A stretch of DNA of 64,000 bases from Trichoplax adhaerens (Eukaryota; Animalia; Placozoa), in assembly GCF_000150275.1 (NCBI RefSeq), contig NW_002060943.1, forward strand, positions 2,632,462 through 2,696,461, in the 5' to 3' direction. The position numbers and the translations under genes were made by a program. The notes under the pieces are model-generated. The model saw only the letters and a program-made list of their open reading frames with translations. It made no database searches and was not told the DNA's origin. This document shows positions 25,701 through 39,300 of the stretch, piece after piece; within the stretch, counting starts at the first letter, position 1; every line of letters begins with the position of its first letter.

Positions 25701-28700
25701 TGTTGATGATAGCATTTGGCGGCATTAAATGTACTGTAAGATTAGTTAATTGCTAATTTTTAAAATAAATTGATCTTTAATTAACCGACACAAAGCTTTA
25801 TATTTAGCTATAAACTTGTATATAATTTGAATAAGTTACCTAGGCGGAGACGAAATTAGAGAGTAATATGTACGAATAAGCGATAAGTTCAGGTTGCAAT
25901 TCGGGCCTACTCAAATATTTTGCTACCCTAATTTGTTACAAAAAAGCTTATCATTGAAAGCAGCCAATGATTAGAAAATTACGCTTTTACCGACGATAGA
26001 TCAAATTTAACAATATTATGGCTTTTGAAAATTAGGTGATATTGGAAAGGATAAGCTGTTTACTATACTAAAGAGTTTATGCATTAAGATTGGAGTTACT
26101 TGGAAAGAACCACCTCAAAATTTAGAAGAAATCGATGCCTATGCTAAGCAATATTTCGAAGGTTTTATTAATTTAAATAATCCCATTCTCTAGATTCCAA
26201 TTATAATTATCGAACGCAATTTTAGCATATTCTCTTGAATTTGTTTACTGAATATCTAGCCTATCGGTGCTTCTCTTATCATAGTCATTTCCTATACTGT
26301 TATCTCTCATAGAAAATCAAGACAAAAATAACATTCTATTTATATTTGACGATATTTGGCAAAAGAGCCATTACAATTATTTAAGATTTGCTACGAAATC
26401 TATTGCAACTTCGCGTTTTTTTCATCCCGAAAATAAACTTCACTACAAATGTATTTCAGCTTCGGTATGTAGGGGAATTTATACATAGCTGTAGCTATTA
26501 TTCGCGAAATTAAATGTTGTTTTCAATGTTTTTTGTACGAGAATTTGCTATAGCATTAATGCAATATAAATTAGAACCGATAAATTGCTTTGATTATCTA
26601 AAAATAAAATATATATCCTACCGTTATAAAGAATCTTTACTTCTAGTTATACCTAATCTGAAACTAGTAGAAAAATATTGTAGAAATGTGATAAAAAAAT
26701 TAAAGAAGTTATAAGTAGCTTAGAATACTCTAATCATTTAAATTATCGTTAGCCTTAAATGAATGCTATAGCCATAGTATTCTTGATTTAGAATGCAGAA
26801 GAATTTTTAAGTACCTATGCAGAAATTTCTAAATGGGGCCATGACTAAACTAAGGTATGTTTATCTTCGTCTCATTTGAATTTAGGATCGATTTACTTAT
26901 GAAGAGGCAATAAAAGTCCTAGCAAAAAATAGAAACATTCAAGATCTCCAGTCTCTGTATAATAACCGAAATATTGCTTTAGCTATCGAGAGTTGCGGTG
27001 GACTTCCATTAGCCATAGCATTAATAGGTGGCTTACATTTACAAACCGATAAGCAATGGGAAAGTGTTATCAAAGTGATTGAAAAAAAAGAGATCGGTGA
27101 CTTACCAGCTAACTATGATTTCAATTTATTTGGAACGTTTTCCTTAAGTATCAAGGAATTGGAGGGTAAAAAAAAACAGTGTTTTCTTCTCCTTGGAGTT
27201 TTTAAGAAGGTTAAAATTCCTATCGGTTCGATCATGTCGCTGTGGAAGCAGAATGAATGTAGTACAATATCTCTATTGCAAGAATTCCGTAATAAAAGTC
27301 TACTACGATTTATTGAGACCAATGGGTAAGACAAAAGAATTAACAAAGTTGCTTGCACGGAAAATATCATTTGATCTTAAACATTCAAGCGTAATTCGCT
27401 TCAGTATTTAATTGATAAAATTCCATTCTTGTGTGCTTACATCATGGAAACTTTACAGTAATTTCTACGCTTGCTGTTTGTCATCATGATTATTATCATA
27501 ATACATGCGAGGATCTTAAGCCCTAAGTTTATATCATAATTATTTAAACTAATCAATTTATCAACTATTAAATTTTATGATATTACATCCAAGGATAAAG
27601 TACAAACCTTGAATCATAAATAATTTACTTGGCTTCTAGTAGACAAGTATATAGGAACATCTATTGATCTGATTTACGAGCGCTATCTGGTTTTACAGGC
27701 TTTTCGTGTTTATAAATCAAAAAATTTCAGCATTAAGTGAAAATCTATTGAGACCTAGCAACAGCCATAGCTAATTCCTACATTTAATATAGAAATTTAC
27801 AGGCTGCTAATTAATTTATTAATCAAAAATGTTTACTGTTTTGCTTGCATACGGTACGTAAAGGAAATTAATATTGACAGTATTACTTTTTGTATCGTCT
27901 AATCTACTATTTGATAAATCAATGAATAATATAAATGTTGCAAAATCTAAATTTGTAACAACGACGAAATTTAAATCTACTACAAGAAATCTAATACTGT
28001 TAGTCTACTATCAGATTTTTCCCCACGGTACAAATCTAAATTTTTAACATGACAAATTAAAGTAAAACTAGAAATACAACATAATGAGCCAATTGTTGGG
28101 TTATTTCTTCCCGACATCATCCTCAGGAGGAAGAATTAAATTATATTACTTGTAACGCTACTAATTTCTCTTTATACAAAACTAAACCTAAACTTTATTG
28201 AAAAGTCAGGAAGTTTATAGTAAATCGACATAAATATTAATTTTCAATTCATAGATAATATTATAAAACTATGCATTTATTTACAAAGAATACACAACGT
28301 CTTAGACAACGGTAAACTCAACAAATATCAAAGTAAAATCATCTAACGAAAATAAGATAAATTGTTAAAGAATTAGATGCCAAAAGTCACTTCGTGACAG
28401 AAGTTTAAGCACTTTTTACAATAGCAGTCATTAAATATTCCATTATTAACTTGCCTCGCTTTTCATTCTATTAGTTACTGCATCTTGCATGATTTAATGG
28501 TTGATTATCTTCAACAATCGCATGATCCTCAGCTATCAAACAAAGTTTACTGGGAAAATATGAATCAAACATTAGTGCAACACTATTTTTATCATTGCCA
28601 AGGTCAATGGGGCACCTATCCAAATGATGGTTACTTCTATCAAAATCTAGTTTATCATGCCATTCAAGCACATGCTGATGTATTACTTCGAACGCTAATG

Positions 28701-29252
28701 GCTGATTTTAACTGGATGACGTCTAAATTTAAAATTTTCAAGACTTTGTTTAATTTACAGCTAGATTTAGAAGATTATATCAAATATTTAGACAAGCAAA
28801 AGGAGGTGAGGAATCCCTTCATAAATGCCTAACATATAATTCTAAATTTATGATACAGATTTTCAGAGTTTTAATTTTATCTAATCAATTTCTTTTTACG
28901 AGCTCATATGCTTTTAAGCGTATAATTCATGAAAAATTTAGCAATGAAAATATTCTACATATCTATAGAATATTCCTACGCTAATGCATCGATTTATCAT
29001 ATCTCATAGAATTCTCTACAATATCAAGAACTTCTAACTTCATTACGCCAATATGAATCTTATGCAGATATGGAAACAATGGATTTTATTCAATTTCTGT
29101 TAAATACTAATGAAAGCAAGAGTTGGATTATATCTAGAGCACTTCAACTAGCATGTGAAAATACCATTCGTGGAATTAGTCGTTACTGGATGATAACAAC
29201 GTAATTTTTCTGCAATAGTTTAAAATTAAGCTATTCTATCTATAATTTATAA

Positions 29253-29290
<38 letters not shown>

Positions 29291-32200
29291 TACATCTCCA
29301 CTTTATCATCTATTAAATAGTTGCAAATAAATGTGCTTCATAATTGATTGAATAATTTAGGTATCCGCAAAATAAAGTCAAGTATAGCGCATGGATGGCA
29401 TCAAAGACTCTGTGTACAACTTTAAATGAAGTTGTACCAAGATGCTCAAGCCTTAAATATGGAAAATTAAACATCATCTATAATGATCTGAATAAGACGC
29501 ACGAATGTTGTATTACGGTAATAAAGTCCTTTAATATCATGCTAGTCCGGGCTAGTGGCGTGTAGATAAGAATAATAATAACTCAATGCAATCATAAGAT
29601 GAGTTTGTTTTAAATACTAACCAGTGGCTTCTATAATTTAAATTTTATTCGAGTTTTCTGACCTACCTGTAGCCCGAGCATAATCAATACATTATTGATA
29701 ACAAGATCAGGTGCATACTGCACATTAGAAAATTATACTGAAAATAGATTATGATATAATTTACAACTCAGTAAATAATTTGATGCGTCATTATAAATGA
29801 AGTTCCTTTTTTAATACTTCAAAAGGATTAGAAATAATTTAAATAAGTTATACCTTACATATATTCTTCGTGACAGATCGTTGATTATGAAACCTCAAAG
29901 ACTATATTTAACTTACCATTACCTAATAAACTTATTGCAAAAATACGTATTTCTCCTGATGGAAAAATTATTGCATATTCCATGAAAAAGGATGAGGATG
30001 TAAGTCATGATTAAAGATTTTTATAATTATTTCTTAATGATTAGAACACTCATAATTTCCCAGGTGATATTTCAAACCTTATTCCGCTAATGTATAGACC
30101 TGCGCTTTTAAATCTGTCAGTTATTCAATTATGTTAATCTTCTAATATTAAGCGAGAAATTCCTGTAATATCGATTTTGAATACGTATAATTTTGCCACA
30201 TCGTATTACTTCAACATTGTTAAATAATTTATTCTCATTTATTGTAGACTTTTGTCATGAATTGGGTGGTATATAGTATTGCTACAGGGCAGCAGCTCAA
30301 CTTTACCTCCAAGGATGGTTCGAAAAGTCCAACCATCGAGGGCAGTTTTCTAGAATTTTGCCCAGTATTAGCGGAAGATCGATATATTCTGATGACTGTA
30401 TCTAATCGGAAAAATGTCAATGTAAGTCATGCATTTGATAACCTAAATTAGAAATTTAGGCTACTTTCGAAGTTAAATAAAGCAAAGAACTCAAGTATTG
30501 TTACGCATCTAGTGATCTATAATAAATTCAAACTATACAGAATCGTTTGATGGCCTTATATATCCTTAGAAGCAATAAAATAATTTAGAAAATCTATCCT
30601 CAGCTCATTATTTGTTTAATATAATAGTAGTATCACATCAAAATAGAGTTATAGTGTCAATGTACAAATACAGTAATAATATCAAGAACACTTCAAATGA
30701 TTAAAGTGTCCGAAAGTAAATATTTTAATAGTTTCATATTCTATACGTATTGTATTATTTTTCTAGTAAGTATTATTTACTTCGTGTACCCGTAAAAGGG
30801 TGCTTACTGTGCTGGTAAATGTCACTAAATATTTTAATATTTAAAACTTAATGATTGTGTCATTCTTTATAGCAAAGCTTACGCAATAGCTGACATTTCT
30901 ATATTTTATGCATATAACAACTATATCTTTAAGAAAATTCACAATGAGATCATTTTAGTATAATTAGGTCTAAGATACAACCATCTGATATCGTAAATGA
31001 TAGTACGTCATACGTGCACTTAAATCATTTAATCTAAATAAACATAGGTTTTATCAGTAGGTATGAATAGCCTGATTATCGAAATCTGTCATTTTTTTCA
31101 GATTTGGATGGTTACAGGAGATAGCATCTGCCAGATATGTAAAACAATAACCAGTTCGGAGAGTATTAATACATGCCAATTTATTGAAAGTAGTTGCAAA
31201 ATTCTCGTATGGTACGGAAAATATTATGATAATAGAAGGTCGAAAGGTGAAGAAAGAATGTGGGTTAATGAGTGCCTGGTTGATGTAAGGAATTACAATT
31301 TGCTATAGTTTTTAATTTTAGTTAACTTTCCAGTAACATTGAAAATGGACTTTTTATAGATACGTGATGCGGAAAATCTGCAATTTCAGTCATCATATAT
31401 TATGCCTATATATATTCAGCAACGTGATGGTAAATATTTACCTAGCAGTGATCTTAAATTAAAGTATGGTTTTGGTTTGGCCTGTATAAAATTGATTGAT
31501 AAAAATGGTATCGCAATAGTCGCTGCTTATCAACACATTTTGGGTTACATAGCCTTACATAATATTACTAATGGCAGACATGATTTTGTCAAAGAATTTG
31601 CTCGTTCTTTTCAACCAATCTACCTATGTGATAAAAGTATTAATGATATTGTAACATCTGATGATCATCAATTTATTGCTGTGCACACCCAAGGTGAACA
31701 ATTAAAGGTTAGTTTATTCTACTACAAGTATTATGCCTTTGTAAGAGATCAGATTCGTAAATCGGCTATTATACGTATCCAATTGATGTTCTGTTCTTGC
31801 TTATTTTAGGTGTTTAAATTAGCCTCTCGGAATTTTAGCGCCTTTACATCCATTGATTGTATACAATATTATCGGGATTTAATGTTTATACCTGATAGTT
31901 ATCATCTATTCATTTATGATCCAATACCACCTTCTAGATTATATCGTTATGATTTGCAAGGTATTAGATTTAATTGTTAATGTCTTAATTACCCTTAATC
32001 CCACTGCGATTCGATTATCTTATTATATTCACTCATTTTTGTAATAGCAAAAGATCTAAGCTGGCAGCCTATATCATCCGCAACATTGATCCAAGATCAG
32101 CAAAAGCTAAATTACAATGAGGAATTGATAGCTTATTCTAATCATGCATTTATAAATAATATTCCCCATGCAGTCCAATTGGTAATAAACAAACGGTATA

Positions 32201-34450
32201 AAAATTCCAATTTAAGGGTGAGCTTTCAAAATACGCGTAGCTGTTATTCGGTAAAATGCTCAATTGTGGATGAATTTAACTTGTATATTCTGTTTACATG
32301 TGTATGTATATATATTTATATACTAATAGATCTATCGAGGAGAGAATTTTAAGCTAATTTCGGAATATAAATTAAAACAAAATTACAAGCAATGTATCCT
32401 ACATGATGATATGGAGGCAGTTATCCTAGTACAAATATACGAATGTGATTGTAACGATTGCATAAAAGATTGTCCAACAGATCACTGGCATATTATCTTC
32501 AGCAAGGTAATTAGAAAATGTGCGGTACGACTATCATCCCTATTTTACTTGCATTTGTGACTTATTGTTCCTGGTATCCTGGAGATATCATCTAGATGAT
32601 AATTTGATCAACGTCACAACATTAGAGCAGTTTAATATTTAATTTACATAGCGTTCAGAAATTATAAATTTAGCGTTTAATCAAATTAATTTGACATAAT
32701 TAGAGTAGTAAAAATTGGACAAGCTCATTCTATCGTGCTAGTAATGAAGATATGAATATAATTTAACAAAATGATAATGCCATTTAATCGGTAGCAATCA
32801 TTTGTAAGTGTTAGTAGAAAGACTGTTAATATACGAGTATAAATTTGCAGATTATCTATTAGTGAATTTGAATATCATTCTATCTTACAGTTGCTCTACG
32901 GAATCTTTTACGCAATGAAACGGATGCAAGAAATCAAATATATTTTACCTGAAAAGCCTCATAATATATGGATAGTAAAGTCGAGATTCAGAAAATTCGA
33001 TAAAAGTTTGATTTTTATACTTCAAGCTAGGGTAAATACATTTAATTATGCTTTAATTTATTCTCAATATTTGATTAGGGAGTTGTGGTAAACTTGATTA
33101 ATCGTAATCAGTCGTCATTATTTATACCGTAACGAGTCTGAGATACATTCTATCAAATTGACCGTTTATAAATGATTCGATACCTGCTAAGTTCATTAAA
33201 TTGGCTTAAAATTCATTTCATTGATAAGGTTCATATAAATAGAAATATCATTATAGACGTCAAAAATATATTCGAGAACGTCTTTGCAATACTAACCAAA
33301 GTAACAGCTTGCTTTTTCTTTATTCATGGATATATGCATACACACTCAGTATCTAAATGATTGTCAACAAATCATAATTATGAAAATAAATTACCATACC
33401 TGCGATCTAAAAGTCTACAGAGATACCGAAAGTGAATTTTATCGAGATTTGAATATTCTCCATTTTGATGATGGTAATCTTGTTACTCATCAAATATCAT
33501 TAAACAACAGTCAAAGTATCATCAAGGTAATGAATGCACTTTGTATAATTGTTATATGAATTGGAGCTACTATTAGAGCTATGCTATGACAGCGTACTTC
33601 CTTAACGTTTCTCCTCTTATTTTTCATGATGTACTTGCTTTCCAAAAATGTAGCATTATAAAATCGGTCAGGCTTTAACTGACATACAATTAATGAAACC
33701 GTATCAATATGACAAAAATGATGGAATAGCCTGCAAAATATCCCTTCCTATTAATGAAATGACCAGCGATCTAAATATCGTTACATCAGCATGGAAAAAG
33801 GATTCCATGATTGATACTTTTGGGCAAAGTGATACCGATAGCTTTGTAAGTAGTGACAACTTTTAATTCCATTATTCATGATAATTAAAATTTTCTATTT
33901 TTTGAATAGTAATGATTAAATTGTCGTCAGAAGTTTAATTTATCAAATGGATTATCTTTAGATTAATTATTGCCAGGGAAATAAAGAATGCTATCTTCTA
34001 GTCAAAGAAGAAGACATAACGGTCCATTATGAATACTTCAATGTCTAGTTGATCATTCTGTAGATATACGTATTAACTAAACATAAAATTAACTAATGAT
34101 CAGTAATTCAATTCTCTGATAGTGTATCTTTCTTATTCACATTTTAGATGTTCACTCTTAATGGTCGAATTCTAATGAAGGGCTACCGAGATGCTACAGC
34201 TGTATTTAAAGCTGATATTAATTATATTGAAAATTTATGGCCATATCAATTTTTGGTGGTCATCGAAAAGCTGACATGTAAAATTTATTTTTATAATAAA
34301 TTAACACTAAAGCTAGTCCAGGTCATTCAGTCACCATATATTAAGATTTGGAGATTAAATGGTAATTCTGATCAATCGCTGTTTATCTGCCAAAGTTTTG
34401 ACAAAGAATACGGTATCATTAAGCCGGTTACTAATGCGATGATTAAATGA
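22777..34450 (+). CDS. Apaf-1-like protein: CARD (death-fold) + NB-ARC + helical domain + degenerate WD40 propellers (~20 exons)
   Basis: Exon 22777-23083 is CARD-like (LIDLRARQVLSNEEVDEL...FIKILKFR...FFHLCDTL). P-loop IHGMAGCGKT is in exon 24784-25011, Walker B ILFIFDDIW and IATSR in exon ~26312-26464, CGGLPLAI in exon ~26886-27325, and LHDL plus DGYFYQNLVYH in exon ~28474-28805. WD-like segments RISPDGKIIAYS and TSDDHQFIAV follow. The exons checked splice in frame to TGA at 34448-34450. Confidence 0.88.
29257..29287. repeat. (AT)n microsatellite in an Apaf-1-like intron
   Basis: About 15 TA units read directly. Confidence 0.95.
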
Positions 34451-36353
34451 ACTATTAAATGTTATCCGGGTTATCAAATACTGTACATTTAAGATGAAAA
34501 GATTAAATGCAATTTTCGTTATTAAAAACTACGATTAAAAATATGGGTAATGTTAAGTACGTTATTAATACAGCGGTAGATAAACTAAGAAGATTTCTTT
34601 CTTTTTAAGAAGGTACTTTAAATTTGTTATTAGGGTAATTTATCAAATTATAATACGCCTAAGCACTACCAGTTCATAAATTTGCGCTTAATGGATTAAT
34701 AATTATAACTCAAATACATGTAACCATTTTAACGATATGATATAAAACTGGCATATTAATTGGATAATTACGGAGCTAAATTAATTCTCTAATCCATCTA
34801 ACGTCATCAAAACTGAATGGTTTAATACCATTTATGCATGAAATTAGAAATTATTTTGATTAACCTGATACGGTACTAGTATGCGTATGGAAGCGGCTGA
34901 GTGTACAGCTGCTTTTATCAATAAGGCTAACAAACATTCAGTGCGTAAACAACTTCATATTGAATAAAGCTAAATAGACAGCTACAATAATGACGTGCGT
35001 ATATTCCAATTTCACGTAATAAGGTAGTATGGTGACATTCGTTCAGCATAAGTGTCCAATAATTTTATAAAATTTAAAGGATGCATCAGTAGCAACAGTT
35101 ATTGCTTGACTGCATTTGTAGATTACGCATATTGGGGCTTGCTATTGTGCATAACACTGTAAAGCTATGACAAACAATCTCAGAAAGTGACAACCTAATC
35201 ATAATTTCTAATAGCGAATATTATTTTCCTTAATACAATGATGTAGCATAACAAAAGCTTGTAAAATACCGAAATTACTCATTGCAATCTGCCATAATTG
35301 TCCACCAAACAACAAATCATTACGCCTTAAAATCAGTGCGTAAGAATAGATTTACAGAAAATAGACATCAAACCACAGCCTTTAATAGACCGGAATGTCA
35401 ATCGTGTTAATACTCTAATCGAGGCTAAACTTTCATTTAATACAAAAACAAGCAATAAGTACATTCTCTAAAAGAAAACTTGCACAATCAGGTAGCATCA
35501 ATTTCAAATTTCATAATTTTATAAATACTGCATCCGTTCCGTTTTTGAAATGTGTTATATGTTAAAAAGGTAATATTGCTTTAGATATTTATCGTATCGA
35601 AAAACTCATTTGTTGCAAACGATGTAAAATGATAACTTGATTAAAAATATCTCAGTATGATATAATACATTATCTACGTAACTTTGTCAAGGTACTGTAA
35701 TACAGCACTTGACTTAATGATAGACATAAGATTATAAATGTGACAAATAATATCTATGAATTAAACCATTATTCCTCTACACACGATTAAAGCACAATTA
35801 TCCTATTAGTACGATAGGCTAAAGAGGTAATACTGCTAGATAAAAAATAGTAAGGAGGTACAGTACTATACCATATAGACATACAGCAGAGAAATGATTA
35901 CACTTTTGCTCGAGAATTTTCTGTAACTAAATCTAAACACGTATACTAAAGCAATGATTTAAGAGAGGCCTAAAAATGCAGTTGATAGCCTATAAGAGTG
36001 GTAAAAATTTCACTTTCTATTTAGAATTATCACGAGGCACTAATTAAATACTGCGTAACCGTATCTAATGCAAAATAGTTGTTGGATAATGGTCCAGTCA
36101 TATCTTTAATTAACTTTACACTTTCTAAGTTATAGTCATACGGTAATTTATGGCAGTTATACATTCATACATTACTATATACAGGTAATAATTAATTAAA
36201 AAGTATTGTTGGTTCATATTTATTTGGAAGTTAAAAAAATTCAGAAGCCATGCAGAAAGTCAGTCTATGCCTTCAGATCGTGTATTCCTTTACATACCAA
36301 AAAAATCACAAGTCGTCATGAATTAATTTAGATAGTATTGTACTTTAGAGACA

Positions 36354-39300
36354 TTATTGTTGCACACAGCCATGATCGATGGTGCGCTTCGTAAACGGTG
36401 GAACATTATCACCGTCGATTGAATAATGATTTGTTTGCATATCAATAAAATAACTATAATGGGAAGTGTACGATATACAATTCTCCAGTAGCTGCTTCTG
36501 TCCAATTTTAACAGATCTAACGATAATTCCAGATGCGTGTGAATACGGAATACTAAATTCAAGTAGGGCTCGCGGTGGATCACCATAATCGTTAGGTAAT
36601 TCCATTGATGGTAGCAACGGTGTTTGGCATACCAGCTTATAATTTGTTGGTGATTTACTTTGTGTTAAAGAAATTGTGCCAATATCCCAGACTAACCCAC
36701 CAAATTCTGCCCTATGCTTAACGCTACCCCCATTAATGGCAACAACAGTTTTTACATTTCTTCCTAAATTATGTGAAATAGTTGAATTCCTATTTGTTAT
36801 AACCTTAAGTGGCTGAACTTGCCTTCCTTTAACTACAGCTTTTTGATCACTAAATAACGGTCTCCAATCTGGTGGTATTGGTATAACCAATCGAACATTC
36901 TTCCTGGTGCTGGACAATGGATTCGTATTTTCTGGTAGCTTGATGGAAGCAGTAACTTGTACGTGATGGTCATCATTTTGTAATTCAACGGTAGCAATTA
37001 TTGGCAGTACGGAAGTAATGTCTGCAGTTTTGGTACCAACTGGAGGATACCTCGCTTCAAACGGTCTAGACTGGGGTATTTCAAAACGCATCAACTGAAA
37101 TTCGCTTCCATCGACAGGCTTGAATTCGATGATAGCATTTTTGAAATAAGTTTTCCTATCGACGCAACAATGAAATTGACAATTTTTTAAACGGATCCAA
37201 CTTTTGTTGCTACGAATTGATGTTAAATTAGCTAATTCATCTTTTGACATGGCAGCAATAGATTTTCCGGTTCCGCTTTCATCGTGACTTAATTTTTTCA
37301 TAGCTTTTTTATCATTTAATTCTATAGTACAAGGCGTCATACCAGAGACAAAAGCCAAAGCAGTAATACGTACCGTTGTACTACTATAAAATGGGTTGCC
37401 ATCAGTTGATAGCCAAATTCTACACTCATCTAACACATCTATAGTCATTTTCTCCTTTTGATAAGTGATACCTACCGAACGGTACTCTGGCATTTGAAAT
37501 AAAGTACTTTGGACAGTCTGCATAAATTCTATTAGTGTTGCGTAAGAAGTGGCGCCAAACTTGAATATTGTAGTCTTACGTAAAACTTTTTCAAACTTGC
37601 CAGATATCCGACGTATTTCCTTGTAGCTAATCAGCCTAAGCTTAACAACATGGACTAAGCCACGTTCATGTCTACCAAATTTTGGTTTGGTAAGGCAACA
37701 ACAACCTTGCAACGATACTTCTGTATATGGAGATGCAACCCCAATGTCATATAGTTTAACTTTCGGCCCTTCTAAGCCAACAATAACCTTTTTCCATCTT
37801 CTGCTTCTTACTTTTCTTTTCTTTTCAGGGACACGCAATAACATGTAGAAACGTTTCAAGGACGATTCGTAAAATGGAACAACATCGCATTCGTTGTCTC
37901 CTATCTCGTCCTCAGTATCCGTCGTGATGTCATCATTGACTGGACGTGAAGCGAGAGCAACATTGCTATTATAGGCGTTTTCGGGTTTTGCCAATGGATT
38001 ATCTACCAGATTCTTATCGACAGGCGTAGCAGCCTTGTTTTTACTAGTAATATCTGTAGAATTGCTTTCATTTACAGTAATAGCCATGGCAGTCGCTGTA
38101 TTAGAATTGATATGGGCTGTAACAGTAGTAAAGTCCGCAAAAAAGGTAGCATTATCTTGACTCGCACTACTCGTTACGACAGCGAGTGAGACATTACTAG
38201 GCTCTTCAATGACTGTACTATCGGAAAATGAAAAAGGATTCGCACTATGTCTTCGAAAATTACTTTCACGCTGTGGATCCAAAGTATTAGATCTGACTTT
38301 ATTTGCTGAAAAAGGATTGGTTGATGTAATAGCAGTCGGCTTTTCAGCGGGAGAAAAAGGATTTTTAAATATTGTTGAAGGCGTTGAAACACCTACTGTA
38401 GTATTTCTGCGATTCAAACCCGTTCGGGATGCAATTACTGAAGCTCCCGATGTATCATCATCATCAAAGGTCACCCAATTTTTATTAAAAGTCTGTACAT
38501 CTGATTTTCTTTCATTAGTAATTCTGCCAGAAACTAAAGATTCACTTTCCATCTTATTCGCTAGCATATTAGTAAATTGTTCCCATCTAGAAGAAGCATG
38601 TGGTTCCGTACTTGCATTGTAAGATATCATAAAGTCATCCTTGGTGCTAGCAGGAGGATTAGTCTCTTTGCTAGTTGTTATCTTCTCCGTATTTGCTGTC
38701 CCGAAAGGAGTAAAATTAGATTTTTCAGCGCTGTCACTTTTCGCACCTTTGTCATCAATACTTTGAGGCTTATTTGGTCCGGAAAAGACTGATGATGTTG
38801 ATGACATGCTTGATGTACTTGGTCTAATATTAATAGGTGACACTGCAGTCTTAGCTAAAGTGGCAGGACTATCGATATACCTTGAACTTGAGCTGTCACT
38901 TGGTGTTGTGACGTGGTTTAGATTACTAGCTTGCTGGCTAGTGTCACTAGAACTTACTGTGCTAGAATTTTCATCAATTAATCGACTTGGTTCCCAATCG
39001 GGTTTGCTTGCAAACAATGATTTATTTTCTGTATCAGAAAATTGAGGACGTTCTTCTTCACCATCTTCAACAGTCAAGTTACTTTCCAGTTTCTTATCTA
39101 TATCAGCTAGTGAAAATGAATATTGATTGTATCAATATAATATTCTAACAACGAAGTATTTTATTATCAAATACTAATAACTTCTAACAAACAGAATTTT
39201 TCCTACCTATATCTATTATTTCCTGTCCAGTAACGTCTGTTATCTCTTTGTCTACATCATGGACTATATTATTCGTATTCTCCATAACTCCGGGATAGGA

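Noticed and set aside
33257-33306. Apparent frameshift suggesting the Apaf-1-like gene is a pseudogene
   Set aside because: Using the acceptor TAACAG| at 33306 keeps the frame, so no lesion needs to be invoked.
38174-39045. Antisense and alternative-frame ORFs over stonin
   Set aside because: Shadow ORFs of the long coding exon.
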